From positions 54,317 to 74,316 of the forward strand of contig JADIIX010000105.1 of the NCBI GenBank assembly GCA_027604505.1: DNA of 20,000 bases, given 5' to 3'. The stretch is from Gonapodya sp. JEL0774 (Eukaryota). The notes below the pieces were generated by a model. The model did not search any database. It worked only from the letters and a program-made list of their open reading frames with translations, and had not been told where the DNA came from. This document shows positions 1 to 11,000 of the stretch, piece after piece (within the stretch, counting starts at the first letter, position 1; every line of letters begins with the position of its first letter). The position numbers and the translations under genes were made by a program.

Positions 1-62
1 CAGAGAGTTCAGTTCAGTTGGTAAGAGCAACTTTGGCGTGGTCAGTAGAGATCACCACTTAC

Positions 63-1223
63 CCCCCAATCGGCGAAGTCCTGCTGCGTGAGCTTTTTAC
101 CAGCAACATATGCTGCATGAATCGAATCACAAGTGCGCACGGTGGTCGTGGTTGCTTTGGGTGGGAGCTTTGCTGTGGTCGCGCCAATACCTGGGGGACA
201 GATGCAATTCAACGAGTTTGTTCACGGACACGAAAAATTTGTAAGAGGGGGGAAAACTTACCTTGCGGAAACCAAATAGAGCAAGACCAGGCCTTCAGAA
301 AATCACAAGCCAAGCCACAAAGTTTGTACCAATCCCGACCAAATTTTTTTTTCCCCAACAGGTGAACTACTCACCGCCCAGTCACTATAATCCTGAGCGG
401 TCATCTTTTTGCCAGATTTGTATCCTGCGTATATACTGTCACATGTGCGTACAGTCGTACTGGTTATGCGGAAATTGTACAACAGTTGCAAATGGAGCAA
501 GCAACCATCGAGAAGAGAAAATTTTCAGAGAACAACTCTCCAAAATTATTCTCAATATCCAAATGATTGACTCACGTAGATGTTTTGGAGGACGTTCTAC
601 TGGAGTGATAATGGAGAGTGTCAGAGTAACGGATCAGCGACAGATTTAGTGTAGCTTGACTCCCAAACCGGGTAGCTTGACTCCCAGAACTCACGTGGTA
701 GATCGTCTGGTTCTCAGTGAAGATGAATCGTCGGGAAATTTGGGAGTATGTTTTGGACGCATAGGCGACAAGAATGAACAATAAGGGGTCACAATCACGC
801 ACGTGATAGCTTCTCATGGTATGCGGAATGTAGCGTTCACTCACGTGGTGGTGCTCGCGCGTTTACGGAGTTGCTCACTGAGCCATGGCCACCAAGAGCT
901 CGCGTCACTTTTTCATTACAATGGCAATGGTGATTGCGAAAAGACGCAAGTAGAAATTTGCCGATGTGAAATGTTCCGCCGGATCAAGTCAGGCGGGGCG
1001 GAGGAGGAAGGATCGGCGGGTTTCATTGGGAGACGTTGTGGGTATCAGGCACAAGAACCGCTGAAAACATTAACCACTCAATGATGATTCCTCACCCTTC
1101 TTGGCGTTTCTGCAAATCGGAAGCTGGGGGAGGTGCATCATCGTCTTGGGCATTAACCAAGGCCGTTGAGAGGACACAGAGGAGCGTGATGCAGAGGAAG
1201 AGCCGATTACTTCCCCTACGCAT
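63..1223 (-). CDS. Secreted precursor (3' end lies outside the window): signal peptide, two KR dibasic sites, Thr-rich linkers, at least 2 copies of a Cys/Trp-containing ~40-aa module
   Basis: Hand-spliced exons 1223-1096, 907-845, 706-695, 599-576, 459-375, 292-262, 190-63. All are GT-AG bounded with matching phases (2,2,2,2,0,1,0). Translation: MRRGSNRLFLCITLLCVLSTALVNA-QDDDAPPPASDLQKR-QEGDASSWWPWLSEQLRKR-ASTTTRSTTRTSSKTSTTTVRTCDSIYAGYKSGKKMTAQDYSDWAAWSCSIWFPQGIGATTAKLPPKATTTTVRTCDSIHAAYVAGKKLTQQDFADWG. The internal protein-level repeat supports coding status. Confidence 0.8.
651..686. repeat. Direct repeat GTAGCTTGACTCCCA x2 inside an intron of gene 1
   Basis: Exact 15-mer at 651-665 and 672-686; a 13-nt copy GTAGCTTGACTCC at 1596-1608. 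Confidence 0.85.
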
Positions 1224-2116
1224 CGGATGGGATGAGGATGGGACGAGGGGGATTGATGATGGCTCGGTTTTGATACAAGTAACGTTGGTGTTTCTCGCAA
1301 GGTATGTGTTCAGGAGTTATGTTTTTATTGTGCCAAGCGGGGGCGGCTATTTTCAGGTAGTTTTATGCTTGGGACACAGTCGGCGCCCCCTGACTCCCCT
1401 CGGAAAAACCCCAGAACCAAACACCGCACATATTCCTTTTCTGCTTCTGTGGTTATCGGCATTTCACTCGTATTTCTCGGAGAGACGCCTCGTGCTCTTT
1501 AACCGCTTTGTATCCTGATTTGAATATTCCCACGATCACTATCCGACAGAGGGTGCAGCTGGATCTGCAGTCAACGAAGCGTGTCACAATTGGAAGTAGC
1601 TTGACTCCAGCACTTTGGTGTAGCAGGCTGTCTGAGCGGGAGCCGTTGAGAGAAGACGATACTCCGTTTGACGTGTCACAAAGAGACGCGACATGCGAGG
1701 ACGCAGAGAGAGTGAGAAGGTTCTGATCTATTTGAGAGTTTAAGTGATTTGACTCCCTCTGAACAGCCAAATTATCATGCAACGCCGGGACCAATGACCG
1801 CACTGTGCCTTAGTTTGAGGTGGACCTCGATTCCGTGTGAAATATATGGCAAAGACGATGGTAATTAATTCTTGAAACTGATTTTGACACGCTTCAACAG
1901 AGCGTCAATTCACGAAGACCATATCCTGTCCGAGGTGCGATGATATTCCCGACCTACTATTACTAACGTGAGCTTATATTTTGTTTCTCTCCATCACCGC
2001 GGTGGAGGGTTCCATTCTATAGTTTTCTGTTTGTTCATGCAGTATTTCAGTCCGTATGCATGAGTTTGGCCGGCAAGCGCATGGATAAAGATGATCGATC
2101 ACTTTACAACAACCAC

Positions 2117-4541
2117 ATGATGGCACCCTTGGGCCCACGACGCCGGCCTCAGTTTTTGGTGACATGTAATAACGTTGAGCTCACGCAGCTGCCGTTTCTC
2201 ACGGGGCTCTATTATCTCAAGTGGAAGATCAGGACAATCGGGGGTGGAAGCGGAAAGTCCCCAAAGTGAGAATCCAACAGCGACAACGGGGTTTTATTTA
2301 GAGAAATATGGCGGCTGATTGTGTGCGCCTGTGGAGGATGCAGAACACACGCTGACATTTCTTGCTTGCCATTCCCCTTTTCGTCAACTTGAAAGAGTGT
2401 CCCCGATCGACCACACAGTGTCATGGACGGGATGGAGTCTCTCCTCCCACTTTAGCACTGCAGTCGGTCGTGAGTCGCTTTTGCTTCCAGCTGAGCTCTG
2501 CATCACTGTCAAGCAGGAACTCAGTGAGAGCAAAATCGTTCTGGGCGAGGTCCGTCTCAATCTCAGCTGCTTCGCAAGGAAGGGGCCCGAACCGATAAAG
2601 CGAAGTATGCTACTACAGAGCTCTAGGATTAATACGTTCATCAATGTAAGCAGTCGTGCGGAAGGGGGTTCATCACCGCTCAGTGCCTGATCAACAGAAT
2701 GATACAACCAACGCGAAGTTCTCCATCCACGTCGACCTCGTCGGTAACAGTGACGTAATATTTATTGCACCACCGCTTTCGGCGCTTACAAATGCGTGGC
2801 AGGAGCACAATGGGTCGGATTACGAGGAAGAGATGGTTGGGGAGAACGTGAGTAGCATGGTAACGGACATGGCGTTAATGTTGGTGCGCAAGAGAAAACG
2901 AAATAGAGCCGACGACAAACGCGTTTGAGGGTGGGCTGTTGTTGGTTATCGTGCAGTTTCTCGGAATCGGACAGGAGTCACGGCTTTCTCCAGGTGATGC
3001 TGAAAGCACCGGACTTTTTCAAACGGTGTTGCCGACGTGACTGAAGATACTTACCTGTTCTGTATGGACAACGGTTATCATTTCACTGGGTGATTGTACT
3101 TGCATCCAACACTATTTCCGCTAATGTTGTAAGGTCCCAGGCCCTCCCCTATCATTTGGCTTGTCCTCGACGCCGGTGCACCGCGATTCGTTATCTGGGC
3201 AGAGGTGAGTTGCTATTGACTTAACGGAGTGGCGCTATAGTGTGAATCAAATGTAACCTTACCACCGCACCTCCTGCACCTGATGTTGCTATTTCTCAAT
3301 CACTGAATGCTCCGTCAACTCACTCAATGTGTAGCTCCCCAAGCAGTGTCCCATCTCCCCTCCCCGGGCGCCCTCGCTCGGCCACCACAAACTCGACTCA
3401 CGGGAGCACGAAATCCAAAACCTTGAGTCCCTACAACGTGCCGAGCAATTCTCCGCTGTCGAGGTCCGCGCAAGCCGCTGCCAATGCTGCCCTCGCTGCC
3501 ATAGCCCATGCCAACGCTTCCATGGCCCTCTCCACAGGAGGTGGAATGGAGTCTAATGGACTTGCGTCTCCCCCGTCGGCGGTATCGGCGAACAGTGCTG
3601 CGACGTGGTCTTCATCTACCACATCCCCGATTCCAATCACGCTAACGACGCCATCATCGAGTGTTCCCCCAGTGGCTCTCTCGGCGGGCTCCTCCTCGGA
3701 ATCCATCGGTGCGGGAGGGTCTGCGCTCGTGGTCGGTTTGTCGTCGGGGGGTACTCCTGGGAGTCGGACACCAGGGGATGTACTGAGTGAGCTTACACCC
3801 TCAAAAGTGCAAGCGTCGGTTCCGTCTATGGCGTCGCCATCCTCCGTGGGATCGGGATCTCCAAGCATATCCAACTTGCATCATCAGCAGGCTAGTTCAC
3901 AGCAACAACAGCAGGCGAAGAAAATCCTTTCCTCAGCGTCGTCGGCAGCATCTTCGGCGGTATCGGCATTGTATGCCGCGGTGGGGGGTCTTGCGGGCGG
4001 GTCAGGTGTATCACCAGGGATGCCAATTGGAGGACATGGAGGCAATGTGGGCGGGGCAGGTGCCGGTGGAAGCACGGGTATGGTTGGGCATGGGGGTTCT
4101 GTGCGTCCAGAAGAAGTAGTGGAGGCAGTGTTTGCAGAGTTGGGAATGGAATGGCCCAAGGTTCGTGGTGCTGCCAGTAAAGAGAATGGAGTTAGCGCGG
4201 GTACGGTGGGGTCAACTGATGTGGCGAATTCGTCAACCTCGACGGCAACAACTCGTGGCAGCTCCGCGAATGTTGTGACTAAATCCTTGCAATCCCTCGT
4301 TCCCACGAAGGACCAGGAAGCATCAGTGGACGAGAATGACCCTCCGGGAAAATTTGTTTGGAATGGGAACCCTGACGGTTTGCCGAGGTGGTCACGGCTA
4401 GATCGGAACGTGTGGAGAGAGGACCGAGAGCATTGGGCGTATGTGCCCCCTGTGGACAAGGAGGAAGACGAGGACTTACCGGCTTTGCTTAAATCAGGAA
4501 GCGGATTGAAAAGGTTTGGAGTGGTGATTAGCGGTCAGTGA
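2117..4541 (+). CDS. NT-C2 (EEIG1/EHBP1 N-terminal C2) domain protein with a long Ser/Gly/Ala-rich disordered tail, ~611 aa
   Basis: Exons 2117-2265, 2396-2645, 2719-2847, 2957-2993, 3141-3204, 3335-4541 join in frame (1836 nt). The N-terminus RPQFLVTCNNVELTQLPFLTGLYYLKWK...IDHTVSW...LCITVKQE...LGEVRLNLSCFA...MLLQSSRINTFINFSI fits the NT-C2 pattern. RPEEVVEAVF resembles a motif of EEIG1-like proteins. The two small middle exons are less certain. Confidence 0.8.
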
Positions 4542-4718
4542 GACCAGCTGACTTTCTGATCTGAAGCAGAAAGCGCTCTTCTATGCAATATTCTTTAGTC
4601 TTTCTCGTATTTACATTTTGTGAAAGTCCTTTCCACAAACGAAACTGTGTCCAGCCCCAGCAGCTTGCGAATATATTGAGTTCTGTCCACGAATCTGCCT
4701 CCCCCAACACCGCGAGTG

Positions 4719-7453
4719 ATGACTTCACAGAAAATAGCATGGGTTCGCAATGCGAGTGGCCGCTATGCATCGCGTGACAGGGTCGCAGCGGACTTGGAGG
4801 CCGCAATGAAAGCTTTCCCACACATGCAGCCGGCACTGGAGACTCCCTTGCGTGAGTATCGGCAGAACGCTGAAACACTCGGAATACCCCTTTGAAAGGG
4901 TCGGAGAATTGAGGGTGAAAACGTGGACTTTTGGGCGACGTGGCCTCGTAATCCTGTTTCCAGGCTCGCGACAATCCACATATAAATCGTCCTTCTCCTT
5001 GGTTTGACCGACCTCTCTGTTTGGTGTTGCTGATAGCCCAACCTGATCCCCATGCTGGATTCGAAATGATCAAACTCGACGGCACCATTCCCGTGTTCTG
5101 GAGAACGGATTCGTTCAACGTCCCCATCGTTCTTTACGTGCCGCCAACCTACCCGCAAGCTCCCCCTAGGATCAGAATCAAGCCCACGGCATCTATGCAA
5201 ATTAGAACGGGCCCTGCAGTGCCCCACGAGTCGGGCGAGGTGGTCATGCCATACCTGGTTCAGTGGTCACAGCAGAGAGAAGTGAGTTTCGCGAAGAGAC
5301 TCAGGGTGACGCTACACTGGGACGCTGGGGCATGAAGAACGAAAATTTTTCTTTGAGTTAGAGGGTGTCTCGGTGGTGATGATCTATCGAACAGCTGAGG
5401 AGATGGGCGACATCCACTCTACCCACAACACGTACCAACAGAAGTCCAACCCCGATGCCAGAATCTCAGCTTTTTCTCACATCATGCGCATATTGCAATG
5501 TGCTTCTATCATTTTCGCGAGGTTATTTGCCGAATCCGAAACTGACTATTCGACACCGACCATCCAGCCCCCACCCGCTTATCCTGCCAGCCCACCCCGC
5601 CCACCTCCCGCTCCTGCACCCATGCCCCCTCAATCATCGCCTATTGTTGAAGCACTTCGCTTGGCCAAAGCCGCGTTCGAGCAGCAGATTCCCGTTTACA
5701 CGAAGAGGAGCAATCCCCAAGTAAGTTTCTCGTGTGTTAGTAGGGATGAGCGTGCCAGTTGATGTGGCGGGAACGATGGGGGATACTTTACAGGAAGCAT
5801 CAAACATGAGTTTTCCTCGGCTCCAACAAATCCATGAAATCTATTGAAGTAAATTCTCTTTTTCATGAATGATTGGAGCGGGAGAATTTCTTGGTGTCTT
5901 CCTGGGCGAAAATGCAGCCGTGCCTGCATACCGAGTCCATCGTTATGCTTGTGATGAATGATGGAATCGGGTACCAGAGTGACTGAAGCAGCTCCCACAC
6001 GCCGTCGTGTTTTGAATGTTGGTTGTTCTAACACCCTCCTCTCAGCCTGCACAGCCCTCCCAACGCTCCAATCCGCCACCTCCTCAAGTAAACCAACCTT
6101 CTCAGCCTCCTCCGCCTGCGCAACCCGCACCCCTGTACCCCTCAAACCCTGCGAACCCCTCAAATCCCCCTCAAAATTGGGGCCAACAGCAACCTCCTCC
6201 ACCTAACCAAGCACCTTCTCAACTAGGTGCGCGGCCAACCATGTTACCCCAGCCACAACCTACATACCCGCGGCCAGACATCCAGTACCCACAGCAGCCT
6301 TTCACGAGTGCCACTGGCCCCGCCCTACCATCAAATCGACCTGTGCTTGGATCCGCTTCAGGACCTTCCTTCCCAGCGTACCCTCCCCCGCCACCTCACC
6401 TCCAACAGTATGACATCAGGCCAATGTACCCTGCACCAAACGCAAATCCCCTACCAGAACGACGTCCGCCACCTCCGCCGCCACGGGTCCCGACAAGTGG
6501 CTCGGGCGGTTCGACCCCAGAATTGAACGCGCTTCCCCAACCGCCACAGAGCCCCCCTCCCGGTCCTGCCGCCTACTCTCGGCCGAACGTTTCCAATTAC
6601 GAACCCCTCTCAGCAACTGGATCCGCACCTGGTGTCCTCGGACGTCGCCCTGCACCCCCACCCCCTATGTCAGACCGCTCCCGAGAGCTGAGGGAAGTCG
6701 TTGCGGAAAGAGTGAAGAGGAGAGCGCTCCAGGTTGCAAAGCAGGCGGATATGATGGCTAGACAAGCCTGGATCGCGGAGGAGGAGTTGAAGAAGGTACG
6801 GGAGAAAGTGAAGGCGATGGAGGATGTCGAGGTGGGTTCTGTGCCGAATGGCTCTGTGGGAGATTTAATGCTGGAATTTTGAAACGCCAATTACATTTGG
6901 AGATTGTTGACTCCAGAGAAACGATTTTGCGCGTTGTCTAACACCATCGCGGGAGAAACTTTGGGGACTGAAGCCCACATCTTGACATCTTCTGAAACCG
7001 TCAGCCAAATGATTTACTCCTCCAACTCCCGAACCACAGAAACGCGCTCTCGCCAATAGTCAAGTTATTCGGAGCGCACTCCCACCTCTCTCCCGACTTC
7101 TCGCCACCGTGGCCACCCTCCTTGTAGACCCAGATGATGTCGTTCTCGTACCTACGCCGTTGCATGCTCAGGCGGTCGATCTCGTGGCGGAAGATTGGGC
7201 GCTGGAGGATACCATGGTGCAGGCGCAAAGCTTAGTGGGTAAGGTAGATGGCGGAGTTGGCTTGGTATTGAAGGTGAGTTGAGTAGTGGGAAGGGGAAAA
7301 GTGTGGATAGCTCGCTATACATGCATGGTTGTGTTTTGTTCTTCTTCTGAGTTGGTTCTCCCCCTTTAATGCACACGTATTTGTGTGCATATTTTTTAGA
7401 AACTTCGAGAGCTCGCTAAGGAGCAATTTGAACTCCGAGGTGAGAACATTTAG
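4719..7453 (+). CDS. VPS23: ESCRT-I subunit Vps23/TSG101 (UEV domain, proline-rich region, coiled coil, steadiness box), ~534 aa
   Basis: Exons 4719-4851, 5037-5281, 5568-5720, 6046-6831, 7040-7273, 7400-7453 are in frame (1605 nt). UEV signature LDGTIPVFWRTDSFNVPIVLYVPPTYPQAPP...PT..MQI...GEVVMPYLVQW. SB box PTPLHAQAVDLVAEDWALEDTM...KLRELAKEQFELR. The 3' end is uncertain because of a possible extra donor GTGAGA at 7440; an alternative exon-3 acceptor at 5441 is also in frame. Confidence 0.9.
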
Positions 7454-8211
7454 TGGTGACGACGCCTTTTGAGAATCCGCTCAATCCCTTCTCGACAATC
7501 TCTCCCTGTCTGAATGCCGATCGTTCACAACGACCAGTGCTCATGGAGAGGTGCAAGGAAGAGTTGGTGGCACACGCCGGACAGGCATCTGTTCCGAGCC
7601 AAATCGGTGTGCGGTGATCTAAATCTGACACCCCGAGGAATCGGAGGCAGCCAACCGCCACACGCTGTCGAGATGTTGTTCGACTCCAGGAGTTCTGGGA
7701 TTATTATGTATCCAGGTAGCATACGAGAGAGTTCCACCGACAAAGATGCGAGACGAATTGTGAGAGTGCATGATTCTGTCGCTACTGATATTGTGCGCAA
7801 AATGAGTCCGGAAACTACTATCGGTCGTACACATCTTGCAACTTAACTCTATTGACAAAATTTCCACTTGTGGATTGGAGTTGCAAAGGCGAGTACCGCG
7901 AGCGCCGAATACAATATTGTACCACGACACCGACTCAGTACCCAATCACTTCATCCAGAGATTACCAGGAGAATCGTAAGTATATATATGATACTAAGTA
8001 CAGTACGCAATGAGGTATTACTGTGAATCCATCAGCAGCTTATAATACGACTTCTAAAACAAGAATAAATAACAACAACGAATCAGGCTGAACACCGTAA
8101 AATTGGGGGTGGTTATACCCCTCAGGTCCTAATTGCTCGTCCATTCCGATAAGTAAACTTGCCGCCTCTCCCAGTTTCACCACAGTTCACGGAGCTCCCA
8201 ACCGTCGCCGA

Positions 8212-10848
8212 TCATCTGTAGCACGCTCGATGGAGACACCTATCCATTGTTACAAATCTCCACCCTCCTGCTGCACGAATCGCGGCTACGGCTTGCGTGA
8301 TTATGTCATTAATAATTGGTACCTGGCAAAGTGGGACAGATTCTCAAACGACAGGGAAGCAGAGGCATCTCTCGTTGATCACTCACAACATCATGATCGA
8401 GCGAGAGAATGTTGCCCCTACAAGTCATTAAGCCACACGGCATAACGGTGAGCGCAGATGTGACGACAATTTCTTTCATTCGCCGTACTCACGTTGCCGG
8501 ATTTGTGTTCCGAAGAGCTGCTTGAAAAACGGCGACGCTCGCTTGAACATTCGTAGGATTATTCCAGTCTTGACAGTTTGAACGATGAGTAACGTATGCT
8601 CTTCGCTGCTCCTTTGAAAGGCAATCCCCCACTCAGAACTCACCACCTGTGTCTTGGTTCCATATCACCATTGCCCCATACCCCATGCCAGACACAATGC
8701 TCGTGATACGACTGTCGTATGCACCCTACTCGCCGTCGGCCCAAATGAGATGACGATGCCGCTATCTATTTACTTAGTCTCTACTCACATAAGGTGGTCG
8801 GAAAAAGTTCGGCCTTCTCCCAATCAGTCGTTGAAGCGCCTCTTCCACTTGTGCTAATTGGGAACGCACTCCATCTTCAGTCAATGTAAGGAGGTTAACA
8901 TGGTTCCAAGTGCTAGCATTGACGAGTGGGGGATAAGGGTGGGGGGCAGGGGGGGTAAAGGATGGTGAGAAAGTCCGGAAACCGTGGAACTGTGGCTTTG
9001 AACAGTTCGAAATGTGTGGCGACCGTTGACTCACTGTGATGCAATGCAGTGTCCTGAATTGTGGGCGCGCTGTACCATGCCACCATAAAAGGGGTCGTTT
9101 AGGTTTCCTTGATTGTTTCCATTCTGTGGAGGGGCGTGCGCATCAGTTCCGCTACAACAACATTCGATATGAGCTCCTCTCACCACAAAGAACGTCGCTC
9201 GAACTCCCAAACGGTCCAAGAGATCGAGGAGGCCCGGTGTGAACCTCCCGGGACCATCTTGAGGGGGAAGGGAATTGATAGTTTGAGTTTGTAAGTAGGA
9301 GAATCAAAGTGATTCAAGTATTCAAGTCATGGCATGGCAAAGATTCTCATTCACTCACCATCAAATGTGAGAGCAACCATGCCCGGTTCGACACACGAAT
9401 ACGCAACGCCTATTGAAATGCCGTACTCAGATGGGTTACAATCATCCGGTAACTGGTGTTCATGTACTCACCAAATCCAAGAAACGGTCCATTATATCCC
9501 ACACCTTCACCTGACGAAGGGGGAGGGGGAGGAGGGGGGGGAGGAGGGAACCCAGGAGCCCTCGTCGTCGTTCGAGGAGCAACTGTGGATGTTGCGGTGG
9601 TCGTGGCCGTCGAGGTCACCCGAGTTGTGGTCGTTCGGGTTGTCGAAGAGGTCGTGCTTCAAGCGAATTTGGGTTTTCGGTTAACTATGCAAAAATGAGC
9701 TCCAACTTCACGACTGAGAACAACTCAATCCGCTTACCGTGTGGTTGTAGTTGTTGTGGTCACCGCCCTCGTCACCGTAGTATCGGGTGGTCCAAAAATG
9801 GGCGGAACAATCGCGGTTGCATCTGTGGTGGCAGTTGCGCTTCCTTGAGCGCCAGCAAATGCCTGTTTTGAGCCCCCTTGTGTGTTGGCATCATCGGCAC
9901 TGCCTGACCGCGATCGCACCACCAACCCGACCGTGAGACCGACACCAACGGCAAGGAGAACCACCAGGGAGAACAGGGACAGCAGCTTCCGGCGGCTACG
10001 CAGAGGTTTTGAACCCAACCCTAGGAGAAGAGGGGCTTGAACGCGATCGGATTCTGCGGCTTCAACGTCCGGGACACCCGCGCTACGGTCCGGCGCATGA
10101 AGTAAAGCCACCAGTGATTGCACTGCACTAGTACTTCTCGTCATGCCGGATCCAGATGCGATAACGTCTCGTGTCTTTTTCAAGAGTTCAGAATCGGAGT
10201 CGTCACCTGTCGTGAAATATCCTAGAGTGGAACTGCTATCACTGAACGGAGAAGACGGAGCTCCCAGAAACGGATGTTCCAATGTAGGTGTGGTGGGCGT
10301 CGGGGGCATTACGGCTGAAACAGAGTTGTGGAAGGCGGGGAGAAGCTGCTGCTGCTCCCCCACAGTCACATTGTCTGCTTTAACTTCATCCGCAACTTTT
10401 GATGACCCCTAAAATTTGCATGAGAATCAGCGCTTCAAAGCAACTAATTATAATTCAGTAGTTCTACTCACATCTATAGTTATGGTGACAGGCGGCCCCA
10501 AATTGTCGACAGTAACTGATGTCACTGCAGATTTCACCTCTGAGTTCGCGGGGTGCTCCTGGGGTAATTTTTCAGTATCAACCTCTGCAAGAAATTGTGG
10601 GTTGTTTGTGAAATAGCTCCACGTCGTTACGTCCGCTCCTACGATGATGGCGCGCCAACCCAACGTCCCATTCAGGACCCCACGCATCATCCCCGCCAGG
10701 AAAGAAAACCGTTACTGAGCTCACCATCATCTGATTCGTTTGTGTTCTTCCCATTTCCGCCCGCATTGAGGACAGCAGCGGGTTGTTGCAAATCACTGTC
10801 GCCATGATCGACGAGGGAAATGGCGAGCTCCCCCTCCAACGCTGCCAT
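8212..10848 (-). CDS. Carbohydrate esterase family 4 (NodB) polysaccharide/chitin deacetylase with an internal TM anchor and Thr/Pro stalk, ~576 aa
   Basis: 12 exons: 10848-10725, 10584-10472, 10408-9738, 9656-9472, 9409-9359, 9257-9184, 9123-9035, 8912-8789, 8725-8644, 8568-8493, 8417-8387, 8322-8212 (1731 nt, phases consistent). All five CE4 motifs are present: ALTFDDGP, IASHTWNH, FFRPPYG, DTGDW, LSLDHD; also ATFFVNG and FVTMDRCL. TM segment LLSLFSLVVLLAVGVGLTVGLVV at 9985-9917. Confidence 0.92.
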
Positions 10849-11000
10849 CTGAGTGCGATGAAACGTGAATCCGAGGATGGACCTCTGAGAAACCGGTTAC
10901 TGGAGAATGGGCGTTAAATTAAAAAGGGTGTTGCATCTTAGTTCGGAATTACAGTTGAATTCCTCAGGCACTGAGTGCTCCGTTGCGTGGGGCTGAGCGA

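Noticed and set aside
1036..1803. ORFs of 72-160 aa between gene 1 and the NT-C2 gene
   Set aside because: No recognisable motifs or consistent exon chain; partly antisense to the signal-peptide exon.
3431..4459. Long minus-strand ORFs (147 and 191 aa)
   Set aside because: Antisense shadows of the low-complexity last exon of the NT-C2 gene.
6915..7059. Open frame KRFCALSNT... as a Vps23 exon
   Set aside because: Phase does not fit the 6832 donor and it runs into a stop; the 7039 acceptor gives the proper SB-box frame.
7514..7945. ORFs between VPS23 and the CE4 gene
   Set aside because: No domain signal; may be UTR, or intron plus an unresolved terminal VPS23 exon.
9383..9392. GGTTCGA tRNA T-loop-like word
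   Set aside because: Lies within a CE4 coding exon and no cloverleaf is visible.
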